64,000 nucleotides of DNA from Camelus dromedarius (lineage: Eukaryota). The notes beneath the pieces are model-generated. The model saw nothing but the letters and a program-made list of their open reading frames with translations, did no database searches and was not told the DNA's origin. Position 1 is the first letter of the stretch. The number at the start of each line of letters is the position of its first letter. The position numbers and the translations under genes were made by a program. Below are positions 27,306-40,188 of the stretch, piece after piece. The DNA lies in NCBI RefSeq assembly GCF_036321535.1, contig NC_087461.1, positions 13,020,001-13,084,000 of the forward strand. Reading direction: 5' to 3'.

Positions 27306-28644
27306 CAAATATTCAGACCATAACAACAACTGAAGGAAAAACAAATTTGGGCTTTTGGGTGTTGTTTTTGTTTGTTTGTTTGTTTGTTTTTTTACAACAA
27401 GCCTAAAGTAAAAATCGCTTGCTCCCTTTAGCTCCTAAATAACTTAAGAACTACTGTTACCCTGCTTGGTAAGACCAAGCCATAGTAAAGTTAAATATAA
27501 ACAATTCATTTCTTCTTAAGAAGCTGACTTAATTGAAAATTACTTCCCCTTTCTGCTAAGGCAGGGAGACAGCTATTTCATTATCCAGAATAAATAAAAT
27601 CAAGTACTTTCTCGCCATATTGGTGGTTTCTTTCCCAGTGGCCTGGAGGAGTTGCAACGCCCTTTGAAGATGCTGCTCTTGGGAGAGACAGCTCCACTGG
27701 GGAGATGAAGCCGGTGCACTTTTATTGAAGGAGAATGCTGTACTAATACTAAACGATGTAAGGGACAGCAGACTGCACCAAAATTACAGATATCATCTCT
27801 CTTCTTCGTATAAGATTTCTCCTTGGATAAATTTATCCATGGATGCTTGCTTTTCCTGGTGACTGGTAATTAATCCCTTATATACCTTAGTTGAAGACCT
27901 CAGGTCCAAAGTGATAAATTCTCTGATAAGCAAATTGAAAGGGTGCTACATTCTCTCTCTGTGTAGACAGATGGATAAGTCTGTGTGTCATTATTATTTT
28001 CATCTTTACCCTGCATATTGATTCTGCAACTTTGAGTGCTACCTCAACCTCAGCATTCACATAAATGTTGCCTTTGTTTTTGTATTTCAATTCAGCTTTT
28101 TAAGGAGAGTCTGATATTTTAAGGATTACCATTATTTATTCCCCAAAACATTTCTGTAAGAGCTTGCCTACTTTAATTATCTGTTGAAAAGAAAAAAAAA
28201 ACAACAGATATTCCTTATCTTTTTGCTTCATATGTAATTTGAACTTATTTTATATTGCGATTGTGAGTCATTTCAGTGACTTTTAGGGTGATAGTAGTTC
28301 AAATTTTGTTTTAAACATTTGCTCCTTTGTTTAATTCTAATTAATATAGCTATTTTCAATCTAATAAGTGTATATATACACTGTACTTACATATATGCAT
28401 ATTAATCATATAAAACAAAGTCCTCATCAGACCAACCTTACCTCTGTAATGATTTTGCCATTCAACTTTTGTGGGCTCTGGAGCCATGGTAACAGAACTT
28501 TGCATAGAGTTAGGTGCACCTGTAATTGATTCCTCTAACAGAAAGGAATCAATCCTTTACTTGAGTCCTTCAACAGTTATTAATGTATACCTAGCACTCT
28601 GGTAAATGCTTGGAGGCTGGCATAAAAAAATATATAGGAGTATA

Positions 28645-28795
28645 ATAGCACAGAGAACTATATTCAATATCTTGTAAAAACCTTTAATGAAAAAGAATAT
28701 GAAAACAAATATATGTATGATATATTACTGGGACATTATACTGTACACCAGAAATTGACACATTGTAACTGACTATACTGCAATAAAAAAAAATA
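28645..28795 (+). mobile_element. Young L1 3' end fragment
   Basis: gaactatattcaatatcttg...ctgtacaccagaaattgacacattgtaactgactatac plus A tail. Confidence 0.85.
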
Positions 28796-29510
28796 GGGAT
28801 ATAAATCATTTACCTGAAAAGGGTTATAAATTCATGGAGAGATCAATTCAGGAAAGTAGATGAAAATGCTTCCAAATACATAGAATGAATTTGTATCTAT
28901 ACTGTAATACACACTTCTACGAAATTGCTGTAGAAAATTCAAAGCCAGATGGGAAAAGGTAATTTCAAGACCATGATATTTTAAAGGTGAGGAATGATGG
29001 GTTTAACTCTGTTATCTCTGCAATGATGCTCATTCCATTTCTGCATGGTGTGGCCGGCTTACTATAAACCCATGACCCTGACTCTCAAGTGTGCTTTTAA
29101 TACAGCCAGGCAGCCCCACCACACTTCCCTTGTCTGACTGATCTCCCACGCTCTTGCATGACTGTATTGCGTTCTTTCCTCCCTTCTCAAACCTCTAATA
29201 CCTTCTTCCCTGTCTTCACTCCCACCGCCCTATTCCCCTGGGAAACTGAAACAGGAGATGACGGTACATCACCTCAGTACCACTTTCTGCACTTGTACAT
29301 GTTGCCTCCCTGCCCGTTTTCAGAAATACACTCCCTGCCTCTGTCTAAGGCTGTGTCTCCTCCTTAAATACTGGACCCCTTGCCTCCTCTGCCAAAGCAG
29401 AAACACTGCCCCAGAAGTTCTGTCTTGAGTTCATATAGCATCACTTTTTATTCCCTCTTTACTGCCTCAGTCCCATCAGCATCAATTCTTGTTAATGCTC
29501 CTAATTTTTT

Positions 29511-29653
29511 TCTTTTTTTTTTTTTTTTTTGAGGAGGCAGGTAATTAGGTTTATTTATTAGTTGTTTTTTTTTTTTTAATGGAGGAACTGGGGACTGAAC
29601 CCAGGACCTCATGCATGGTAACTACGCATTCAATCACTGAGCTACACCCTCCC
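29511..29653 (-). mobile_element. Vic-1-type SINE inserted in an L2
   Basis: Reverse-complement head (ggggactgaacccaggacctcatgcatg...gagctacaccctccc) and poly-T; ctaatttt on both flanks. Confidence 0.88.
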
Positions 29654-31109
29654 TGCTAATTTTCTTACTTTCAATAAAAGAATCTTGACCCATTTCTCCA
29701 ACCACCAGTCACACCATTTCTTTCTTCCCTTTGTAGCCAAATCCGTTAAAAGAATTGCCTATATTCACCGTATCCAATTCCTCTCTGTCTTTCCTCTTTT
29801 AATTCCAATATGGCTTTCATCCCCCGCAAGCTGTTCCCGGGCTCTTGTCCGTGCTGACCTGCAGGTTGTAAAATCCATGCGGCAGTTGTCAGCCCTCATC
29901 TTACTTGACCCATCAGCAGGTTTGACACAGTTGATCACCTCCTGCTCTTTGAGACACTTACTTTCTGGAAAGCACAGGGTTAGCAGTCATTCTCCACTGT
30001 TGCTTCTTCTGAGGCTCCTTTGTAGTTGGCATGGCCCCAGGTATGTTGATTTCCTTGGCAGTGTCACCCAGTCTCATGCCTTTAAATGTCATCAGTGTGC
30101 CTAAGACTTACCACCTTATATCTTTAGCCCAGATCTTTTCTGCCAAACTTTCAGACCTTAAGCACTCTTCCAGATTCTACTTGGATGTTTGGTACGTCCT
30201 CAAATTTACATGTTCAGAACATGTAAAATTTCCATATAATCTATAAAAATAATTGAGTCACTATGTTGTATGCTTGAAACTAACATAATATTATAGGTCA
30301 ACTATATTTCAACTTAAATGCAGTGTAAAATATTTTTATTTTTGCCTCCTAACCTCTGTAGCCTGCCCCACATCATTTGATCAGTGCCCAACCCTTCTCA
30401 TCACTCAGACCCAAAATATTTGGTATCATCATTCACTCTTTTTCACACCCTCATCAAATCTGTCAGCAAATATGGTTGACTCTACTTTGTTGTAACCAGA
30501 ATTGAACCACTTTTTTAACCACCTCTTTCACTGCCGCCCTGCCTTAACCACCATCTCTCCCCCTGGGTTGCTGTGAGCATCTCCAATTGATTTCCCTGTT
30601 TCCACTTCAAAGTCCCCAAAGCCTCTTTTCAGTTCAACAGCCATCAGAGTCCTTTTAACATGTCAGACCACATCACTCCTCTGCTGAAAACCCTCCAGTG
30701 ATTTCTCATCTCACTTAGAATAAAAGCCACAAGTCTTGACTAGGACCTGTGAAGCCAGGCATAACCTGAGAGCTCTGACCTCATCTTTTGTTCTTTCCTC
30801 TGGTTCTCTCCACTCAGCCATTCTGACCCCCTTGTCTTCTTCCAGTACATCCAGCCTGCTCCCACTTTAGGGCCTTGGCACTGGCTCTTCTGCCTGGAGT
30901 TCAGGTACCTGCATTTCTCACCTCCTTCATGCTTCCATCCAAATCTTAACCTCTTCAAGGCAGACTCCCTGCGCTCCCATTTAAAATTGTCCCTGCTCTG
31001 TCACCTTGCACCTGGCTTTCCTTACCTTGTTTTTTTTTTTTTTAAAGCTAAAAATTATTTACTTTTTTTCTGAAATTCAGATTTAACTCTGTGCCCTGTA
31101 TTTTTATTT

Positions 31110-31612
31110 TATTATTTTTTTTAATTGTAGTATAGTCAGTTACAACGTGTCAGTTTCTGGTATACAGCACAATGTCTCAGTCATGCATATACATACATAT
31201 ATTTGTTTTCATATTCTCTTTCAGTAAAGATTATTACAAGATATTGAATATAGTTCCCTGTGCTATACAGAAGAAATGTTTTAATCTATTTTTATATACA
31301 GTGGTTAACATTTGTAAATCTCAAACTCCCAAATTTATCCCTTCCCACCCCCCGTAACCATAAGATTGTTTACTATGTCTGTGAGTCTGTTTCTGTTTTG
31401 TAGATGAATTCATTAGTGTCTTCTTTTTCTCTCTTTTATTTTTTAAGATTCCACATATGAGTGATAGCATATGGTATTTTTCTTTCTCTTCCTGGCTTAC
31501 TTCACTTAGAATGATGATCTCTAGGTCCGTCCATGTTGCTGCAAATGGCATTATTTTATTCTTTTTTATGGCTGAGTAGTATTCTGTTGTATAAATATAC
31601 CACAACTTCCTT
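31110..31612 (-). mobile_element. Young L1 3' fragment nested in L2
   Basis: Minus-strand ORF YYSAIKKNKIMPFAATWTDLEIIILSEVSQ (L1 ORF2 C-terminus) plus 3'UTR. Confidence 0.9.
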
Positions 31613-32848
31613 ATCTTATTTTTATTTTTATTTTTCCATGGAACTTATCACCTTCTAACATATTGTATACTTTATTTTCTTATTGTATCTTTTACTTATG
31701 ACCTGTCTCTCTCCCCTCTAGAATGTAAGCTCTTAGAGGACAGGAAATCTTAGTTTCTGTTGGTCACTGATACAGCCCATCTGTCCAGAACAGTGCCTGA
31801 CACAGAAATAATGGATGGATGAATGAGCAGATCATTGAGAAGTCAAAAGTAGCTTTCCCTAACCACCTTATTTCCAGTTGCCTGTCCATCCTACCCCTGA
31901 GGTTACTCTGTACTCACGTAACTTTGTTTTATTTTATTCATTATTTGAAATTATCAATTATCTTATTAATGATAGATCCTCTAGTAAAATACAAGTTAAG
32001 CTGTGTGAGGGTAAAAACTAGAGATAGTAAGCATGTACTTAATCAATTCTAGACAAGAAACTTGACTTTCTCAAATCAGTTAACTGCATATGTAAATCTT
32101 ATCTTATGACAAATATGTGATTATTTGTTTATTCAGTCTGATTCTGTATTCAGTTATCAGGACACATAATTGGTTGTTACGTTCTTTTTATCACCGTGGT
32201 TTGCTTTGGCTTGCTCTTAAAGAATTCTCAGACTACCCTTGATAGCTGATAATAAATTAAGCAAAGATTTTCAAAAAGTTCAATGATTGGCAAGTATTAA
32301 TATGTAACAAATAAAGCAGATAGCTCTGATCTTATTCCTGAAAGTATTTCACCGTCTCTTTGACTTCCATTCTAAAACTCAATGGCTATATTCCCAGTTG
32401 AGTCATTTAAAATTATAGAAGAGTATGGCAAGTTTTATAGGAAATTATTATGTACAAGAAAATGGATCAAAAACTCATTAGAGTTTTAAGCTCTCTTCTC
32501 TGTAGTCTCTTAAAATAGGAATCTGGGTCATTTTTTAAAATTTCTTTTAAAAAATACTACAAGTTGGGAGTAGTTAATCTTTAAGACAAATCCATTATAG
32601 ACATTAAAACAAACTATGGATTTTTTGTATGTTATTAGACATTAATGATTTCCCAGTGAAAACAAAAAAAATAATTTTCCATTTAGCATAATAAAATGCA
32701 ACTATATTTAAAAATGAAGAAATTGATGCCTGAAAGTTCTAATAACTATTAATCATGATCAGACTTCTATTTTTATTCTTTTTTGACTGAATTTCAACTT
32801 GTTTTTTAACAGTAGGTAGTCTGTCATTAGCATGTTTTTAATAAACTG

Positions 32849-32967
32849 GAGGTAAACATTCGTTGTATCCATTAAAATGACTAGTTTCACTATTAGCTCA
32901 TTAAATCGAGGTAAACATTCGTTGTATCCATTAAAATGACTAGTTTCACTATTAGCTCATTAAATCG
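32849..32967. repeat. Perfect 59-bp tandem duplication
   Basis: gaggtaaacattcgttgtatccattaaaatgactagtttcactattagctcattaaatc twice (32849-32907, 32908-32966). Confidence 0.97.
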
Positions 32968-33019
32968 TCGTTTAGGAAGAAAACTCAAAAGAGTGCTGTG
33001 AATTTGTGATCATTTATTT

Positions 33020-33460
33020 CATCCAACTTTATGACCAGAGTTTTTTTGGGGTTTGGTTTTGTTTTGATTTGTTTTTGAGATTCCACATACAGGTGAGATC
33101 ACACAGTGTTTGTCTTTCTCTGCCAGACTTATTTCACTTAGCATAATACTCTCAAAGTCCATCCACATTGTTGCAAATGGCAGGACTTCCTTCTTTCTCT
33201 TGGCTGAATAATATTCCTGTGTGTGTGTATACATACACACATTCTATATGTGTAATGTATACATTACATATTCTTTATCTATTCATCTGTTGGTGAACAC
33301 TTAGGGTTCTTAGGAAACACTTAGGGTGTTTCCATGTCTTGACTATTATAAATAATGCTGCTGTGATCATGAGGGTCTAGATAATCTTTGACATCATTTT
33401 TTTGTTTGTTTGTTTCCTTTGGATTTATGTCCAGAAGTGGAGTTGCTGGATCCAAAGAGT
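33020..33460 (-). mobile_element. L1 3' fragment
   Basis: Minus-strand YYSAKRKKEVLPFATMWMDFESIMLSEIS; gtgtttccatgtcttgactatt. Confidence 0.85.
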
Positions 33461-35134
33461 TTTTTTAAGTTAATTATCTCCTCCTTACAATAATTGTTTT
33501 CTGACAGCCTTAGGTCTAATGATTCTAGAAGACTGTGAGAGAATAATAATTGCTCCTGATAGAAACTTCAAACATATCTCTGGCAGGAGCCTGTGAGCGT
33601 CCAGAGGCCTGGCCTCCGTGGTGCTGATGGAGCTGCTTCTGGTTGTGAGAAAAGGCAAAGCTAGTCATGAAACCCCAGAGCTGTCTACAAACTGCCCCCA
33701 GACCTGCCAGATGGGCTCCCATACATGCTCCCTGTTAAGGACCAGGCCCAGGCAGAGAAAAGCATGTAGCATCATGGTGAGGGATGAAAGGTAGGGGTTA
33801 GCGGGCATGAGTTAGAGCAGAAACATCCAGGACGGAAGTTTGGGAAGGTTCAGTGGACTTCGCTGGGCCATCCTTCTGGGTCTTTAGGCTGCTGGTGGTC
33901 CTGAAGTTGGAGTGAGGAGAGGGTGGTGAAAACAGGGAGTTTGGATGTTGGGCAGACTTCTGCTGTACTTTCAACTAAGTGCAGTCATCCATAAAAAGAA
34001 GTCTGTCCTAAGATCCATAAGCCGAGTAAAAACTCCCCAAGCAACCACCGTTGAAGCCAAAGAATCTTCAGTGATACCGCAAAGAGCTGACGCCATGGCA
34101 GCTGCTCCCGGACAGGTGCACGGAAAAGGAATCTTTCCAAGAGCAGTAAACTTCCAAAGCGAACTTGAAATGTTTCCCAAATAACTTTAAGGCTAGTTAA
34201 AATCTGTAAAGGGAGCCCATGAAACATTTCACCATAAGGAACTTTCCAAGACCTTTTCTTACCTTAGTAGGTCTGTAATAGCCGGGAGCTCTCGGTTCTC
34301 CCAGTGCAGCGACCCTGGTGGCACTTTTGGAAATGATGAAACTACGTGTGTTTTAATATCTCAAGCCTCTTTGCATGAAATAGAGCTTTCTGTGTTGTGA
34401 AAAAGAGATGTGAAGAAAGAAAAGTCTTATCCAAATAAACCAAAACCATGCTTTGACATTGTTTTTGATTTAATGGACCACAAATTGATGGAAGGGCCAA
34501 GATGCAGAAACACATGACCTTTGTAAAGAATGCCTGTAGTTCTAATGTGTAAAACTGCTCATTTAGTATTTTATGTTTTTTTTTAATGGACTAAATTAGG
34601 CAACAAGGCAGGCATAGACCTAAATTTTTACTTTTTTTTGGTACCAACCTATTTCTGAGCATCTCGTAAAATATTAATTTCCAGTATTTAAATTTTCACC
34701 CAGACATCTAAATTCTCTAAAAAGGCCCATTTGAATGAAAAATGTACCTCCATTTGAGTGAATGGCCAACTAGTACTGCAGAAGGGAACTCGGGATTGAG
34801 TCAAACAATTGGATTTGAAGATCACCTCCATGGCGTGTGGCCCTCGAGAACTTTTTCTGAGCCTCAGTTTCCTCATCCAGGAAGAATGGTTGTTGCTGGG
34901 ATGAATGAAAGGCAAAAATCTATGCATAATACACAGCACACTGCACCCTACTTCGCAGACATCCAAAGCTGTAGCTTGTATCATTTCATCCTAAGTTGTG
35001 CCAGGTACAAGACAAAGAAGGGCCTGGAAGAGGAGAGTAAAAATATCTTTCCATCTGTGTCACTTAACTCATTCCCTCCTTCTGAAATGTTATTTGAAAC
35101 CAGACTGCAGATCGTGGGGTGACACGACACACAG

Positions 35135-35825
35135 CCTTAGTGTATGTATTGCGTCGTATTCCATTGTGTGTACAGGTACCACAACTTCATTATCCAGCCA
35201 TCTGTTGATGGACATTCAGGTTGTATCCACGTCTTGGCTGTTGTAAATGGTGCTGCTATGGACATTGGGTGCATGTACCTTTTTGAATTAGAGATAGCNN
35301 NNNNNNNNNNNNNNNNNNNNNNNNNNNNNNNNNNNNNNNNNNNNNNNNNNNNNNNNNNNNNNNNNNNNNNNNNNNNNNNNNNNNNNNNNNNNNNNNNNNN
35401 NNNNNNNNNNNNNNNNNNNNNNNNNNNATTCATCTGCACGATTTTGTGTGGACATGTTTTCAGCTTACTTGGGTAAATACGTAGGCCCGTGATTGCTGGA
35501 TTGTATGATGAGTATGGTAAGAGTGTTGTAAGAAACCANNNNNNNNNNNNNNNNNNNNNNNNNNNNNNNNNNNNNNNNNNNNNNNNNNNNNNNNNNNNNN
35601 NNNNNNNNNNNNNNNNNNNNNNNNNNNNNNNNNNNNNNNNNNNNNNNNNNNNNNNNNNNNNNNNNNNNNNNNNNNNNNNNNNNNNNNNATTTTTATTAAA
35701 GTATAGTTGATGTATAATATTATATAAATTACAGGTGTACCATATAGTGATTCACAATTTTTAAAAGTTATACTCCATTTATAGTTACTATGAAATATTG
35801 GCTATATTCCCCGTGTTGTACAGTA
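35135..35825 (-). mobile_element. Cluster of L1 fragments broken by two N gaps (35299-35427, 35539-35688)
   Basis: catctgttgatggacattcaggttg..., gattgctggattgtatg..., gtatagttgatgtataatatt... are all L1 3' text. Confidence 0.75.
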
Positions 35826-38246
35826 GGTTCTTGTGGCAGCCTTAGTGTCTTTAAAAGCACTTTTGTATTACTGTCTGGACAATGAGATGCCATTCTTCTA
35901 CAAATTGGTACTTAATTGATCTGTTTTGAGAATCCGTTCAGTTTTCAAGCTGAAATGCAGCACACATTTAGTTCTATGTCAAAAAGGCTGCTACCACATA
36001 CATACACGTGGTTTACCAGCCACCTTTAGGCTCTGTATCATATGCTAGATAGGGGGTACCAGAAAGGGCATAGAACCAATCAGAACTTTTCTGTTGGCAC
36101 AGGAGAGTGAGAAGCAGAGACTGGCAGAGTAGTGGGCTTCTCCATCACATATCCAGAGACCCACCACCACAACACAAGTTACCAGGTAGAAAGAGACAGC
36201 AAAACTACATGCAGGCTAAGGCACTGGCCTGGGAATAAAGTTCTTAGGATATTAAAGGGGTTGATTTAAAAGAAAGACAGCGGACTTAAGGATCATAATG
36301 TCAACTCAGTATCCTAATGATTCTGTAGAACCTGTTATTTCAGGCTAACCTTCACCACCCTTTTATTTTTGTTTTCTCAGCATTCCCCCTTCCTGCTACT
36401 CTAGTGTTTGAAAAGTTGATCATTGTGTAAAAGACATTGTATTTTCTGTGGGGTCCTCTGCAGAGTTGCACATTTGAAATGTGTGTCTTCCATAAGTGAT
36501 GAAACAAATATATATGCTGCATTTAAACTGTGTCCTCCAAGAAAGAAAATAAAGTCCCTGGGAGAAATGAGAGATAATGTAGCTTTTAAAAAAAAATCTT
36601 GGATTTATATATTTGTGGTCAGAAACTCTCCTGAATAATCCTATTTCTAGTAGTAAAACTGAGCCTGATTAAGACTACATCTTATTGCAAAGGGCATCAA
36701 TAAGCTATTGCTGGTTGCAGTTTAAAATGGTGCAGCCCATTTGGACAGTGGTTTGGAATAGAATTTCAAAAGGTCTTGATAACTCATGGCTTACTCATGC
36801 TACCTCTGGGAATCTATCCCAAGGAAAGAATTCTAAATAGACAGAGGCTTTTGGTACAAATATTTTTTTCAAAGCAGAGCATTTATCATAGTGGGAAAAA
36901 AATGGCAAACCTAAATGTCAAAAAAAAGAAAAGGGCTGAATGATTGAGGTAAGTTTTTTAAATAATAGATTAAAAAAATGCATTGTGTGAAAAATACCAT
37001 GTTACACTTAAGATTGGACAAAAAATATGATTATAGTTATGAGAATAAAATTTATATTTTTCTATAATTTCAGGAAAAAATGGAAATACCATTATATGAT
37101 CAAGTATTGTGTTTCAGTGATAGAACTGTGGGAAACTTGTATTTCTGTTTTTTTAAGTCCGTATTTCCATACAAGGAGCGTCCCCTCTTAGATTATTAAA
37201 TCTTGCAATGGATACCAAGGATTGGATTTCATATATTTAAGTCTGCTTCTTGTCTACCATGCCTGTATCCAGGGGCTGGTCCTCCTTTCCCGTTCTGCAC
37301 ATTGTGGAGGGATCTGAGTAACTGCACGGTCCTCACCTCAGTCCTCAACCCAGACAACAGTCAGATTAACCATGGAAGGTTTGGAAATGAAGACTGGTTC
37401 TTTCTACTCCAGTTCCTCCTTGTCCTTCGTGACCAGTCCCAAGGATGAGCTCTTTGAACAGGGAGAAGCCACTCAGAAGAATCCACGTGCCCATAATGTG
37501 AAAGAAACCCAATGCCAGATAGAACAGTACCTCTTCCCCACATTTCTGAGTTTACCTGTTTTTTTTCACCTTGTGGATTAACAGGTGTTATCTAGATAGA
37601 GGACAGACATGTATCTGTAAATTCACAGCACACCAAATAATGGAGGATAGCTTAATGAATGTTATCATCTTTACTGGCTGAGCGAACTCAAGGAGGAGAA
37701 ATAATAGAAGAAAAAATCTTTGCTTTCATAATGCCCAGGGGCCACGACTATAGTTGCTGTAGGCATAAGCTATCTTCCATGGTTCTTTCTTCATCACAAA
37801 CATTGTACCTTTTGGACTTCTGTCATTGATTATTAATTAAAGTAGATGTTCGGGGTGGAGGTGGCAGCTGCTAAGTGGTTTTCACTGAAATTGAAGAACT
37901 GGGCATTTCAATCCTGTGTTTCCTAACTTCCATTTGCTACAAGCTATTATGTTATAAACACATATTTCAGTAGTTCGTCTTCACCTTCATTATTTGTGCT
38001 TTCAAAGAGCACAGTGGCCTTTTTCTAGCTCAGACATGGATGGTATGTAGCTGAGTGCTTGCGGGTTTTCCGTGGTGTGAGTACTAATAAGCTGTTTTGC
38101 AATAAAGGACCAACTGAAGTGGGGAAGACAACAATTACAGCAATTATTCAGCGTATGGTTGCATTTTGAGGGGAAAAAAGAAAGAACACTATTGTTTCTT
38201 TTTTATTATTATTAGTATTATTTCTCTCGTCTTTTTCCCAATTTAG

Positions 38247-38369
38247 ACAAAGCCCGTTGCATTTGCCGTTCGGACAAATGTCAGCTATAGTGCAGCCCAT
38301 GAAGACGATGTTCCGGTGCCAGGCATGGCCATCTCATTCGAAGCAAAAGATTTTCTGCATGTTAAGGAA
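38247..38369 (+). CDS. CACNB2: CACNB2 exon 4 (123 nt), SH3 domain N-part: [41 protein letters not shown]
   Basis: Acceptor ctttttcccaatttag|ACAAAG, donor GAA|gtaagg, phase 0/0; the translation matches the recalled CaV beta-2 sequence. Confidence 0.97.
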
Positions 38370-40051
38370 GTAAGGAGAATAATTAGAGTTTCTATCTGTG
38401 CGATTGTTCTTTTAACCTTGAAACATCCTTTCTCATTTCTCACTGCTGTGAAATAGCATTGCGTGTAACTGCAGTTGTGTAACATACACATGAAATCAGT
38501 GTCTCTCAAGCTTTTCTAATATAAATATAACATTTTTAATGAAGAAAAAAGCCACAGGCCTCTTGGAATAACCTCAGGGCTCCCCTGGGCTCTATGACCC
38601 AGAAATTGGGAACTGCTGGAGGAGATGATCCTTTTTTTAATGCTTAACTTATACTTTGTCTTTTAATGTTTAACCTTGACTATGTGTTCTTTTCCCCTGG
38701 TATCCCAGGCTTAACCATCTGGGGAGGGTTTAATAATAATATCTAGAATTCATGATCTCTCCTCCCTGTTAACAAGGTCTAAACTCAGGCCACTGGTGCC
38801 CTTTGACCTTCTTAGGTGGCAGATTGCTACAAGGGAAGGGGAAATGGATGGAATTGGAGCCAACGAGGCAAGAAACAGAGATCAGAAAAACCCCTTCTCC
38901 ACCATGTCAAATGCCTCTACCTTTCATTAACAGTGACTCAGTGTGTTAATCAGAAAAATTCCCTCTTATCAAGGTCTATTTTGAGTCAATATTTACCAAA
39001 TGCCTGCTGTGCAGAACACTGTACTGAATAGCCAGAAATTCCCCCTACATACTGTTCTCAGTGTGTGACCGTGACGTTGTCTTGAACCTGCAGGAGCTGC
39101 ATACTGAAGCACTCTCATCTGGGGGATGTTATGTCCCAGGGAGCATGTGTAAATTTCACTGCTCAGGCACTAAAGACAGTGAGCAAGAGGTGATGACTGC
39201 CAGTTAGAAGCAGCTAGAGACAGAGCCGCCATTTAGTTCTTTAACTTTTAAAAAGTGACTTAATGTCTATTTGACTAGAAAGGAAAGACAGAAAAAGTTT
39301 TCAGGAGTACGGTGTGCCTAGAATCTCACTTTACAATGGGAAGTAAGATTAATCCAGGCCCTTCTCCCAATGGCTGATGCTTAAAGAAGTCAAAAAAGAA
39401 AAACAGAGTGGGTATCCTTCTTTGAAGTGTCCAAAAACAGACTCATAAAATACTCTTCAGTGGAGAGACATAAAACCAGATCATAAAGATTTAGGATACC
39501 TATTCCATGCAGAAGAGAGAAGTTGCCAGCATCAACATAAGCAGAGAAATCATCTGTGAACACCATGTCATGGTTATTGTGAAGCTGTTTGCCCAAAGGT
39601 AAATTTTGCTCTGACACCAAATAGTTCAGGTGGATTTCAGTATTAATCACTCACTCTTAATGCTTCTAAGTAATCTGATTACGTAAGAGGAAGATCTCTG
39701 TAACACTGCTACGTTCCTAATGGTCTCTTGCTGGGAAGACCTGTTACTCTTCGAACAAGGAGAGTTTATCCCGCTCACGGTGACACCAACAGCTGTGATG
39801 GAATTCAGGCCAGTCTCAAGGCCAGGAAAGTGAAGGCTGAGTCAAGCCTGAGAGGCCTTGTTGAGAACATCAAAATTCCTTCGCTCATAATGTGCTAGGG
39901 TCTCTTGACTCGTGGGATTTGAAGCATGGTTCGCTGTAATTGACATAGTATTTCTCTCCACTGAAAATCATTAATGGGGAAGAAAAAGGATTTGAAGATT
40001 TAAACTTCTATGCACTGGTTTTAACAATTTTGGCTTTTTTTTTTTTTTTAG

Positions 40052-40188
40052 AAATTTAACAATGACTGGTGGATAGGGCGATTGGTTAAAGAAGGCTATG
40101 AAATCGGATTCATTCCAAGCCCAGTCAAGCTAGAAAATATGAGGCTACAGCATGAACAGAGAGCCAAGCAAGGAAAATTCTACTCCAG
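40052..40188 (+). CDS. CACNB2: CACNB2 exon 5 (137 nt): [45 protein letters not shown](S)
   Basis: Poly-T acceptor ttttag|AAATTT, donor CCAG|gtagga; contains the SH3 WWIGRL and GFIPSP motifs. Confidence 0.97.

Larger units (their letters stand above)
29100..31830 (+). mobile_element. Long L2 (L2a-like) fragment interrupted by a SINE and L1s
   Basis: Degraded RT motif ctcatcttacttgacccatcagcaggtttgacacagttgatcac (LILLDLSAAFDTVDH-like); 3' end agaacagtgcctgacacag...tgaatga. Confidence 0.8.

Noticed and set aside
29520-29545. Possible exonisation in the antisense SINE (polyT-gag|GAGGCAG|gtaatt)
   Set aside because: GAG acceptor is poor, the 7-nt exon would frameshift, and there is no transcript evidence.
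29685-30104. 139-aa ORF
   Set aside because: Degraded L2 reverse-transcriptase sequence. The other long ORFs (2350-2808, 12331-12777, 13522-13968) are likewise L2-derived or unrecognisable.
34306-34325. CTCF-like motif cagcgaccctggtggca
   Set aside because: One base short between GCG and TGGTGG, so the spacing does not fit the core motif.
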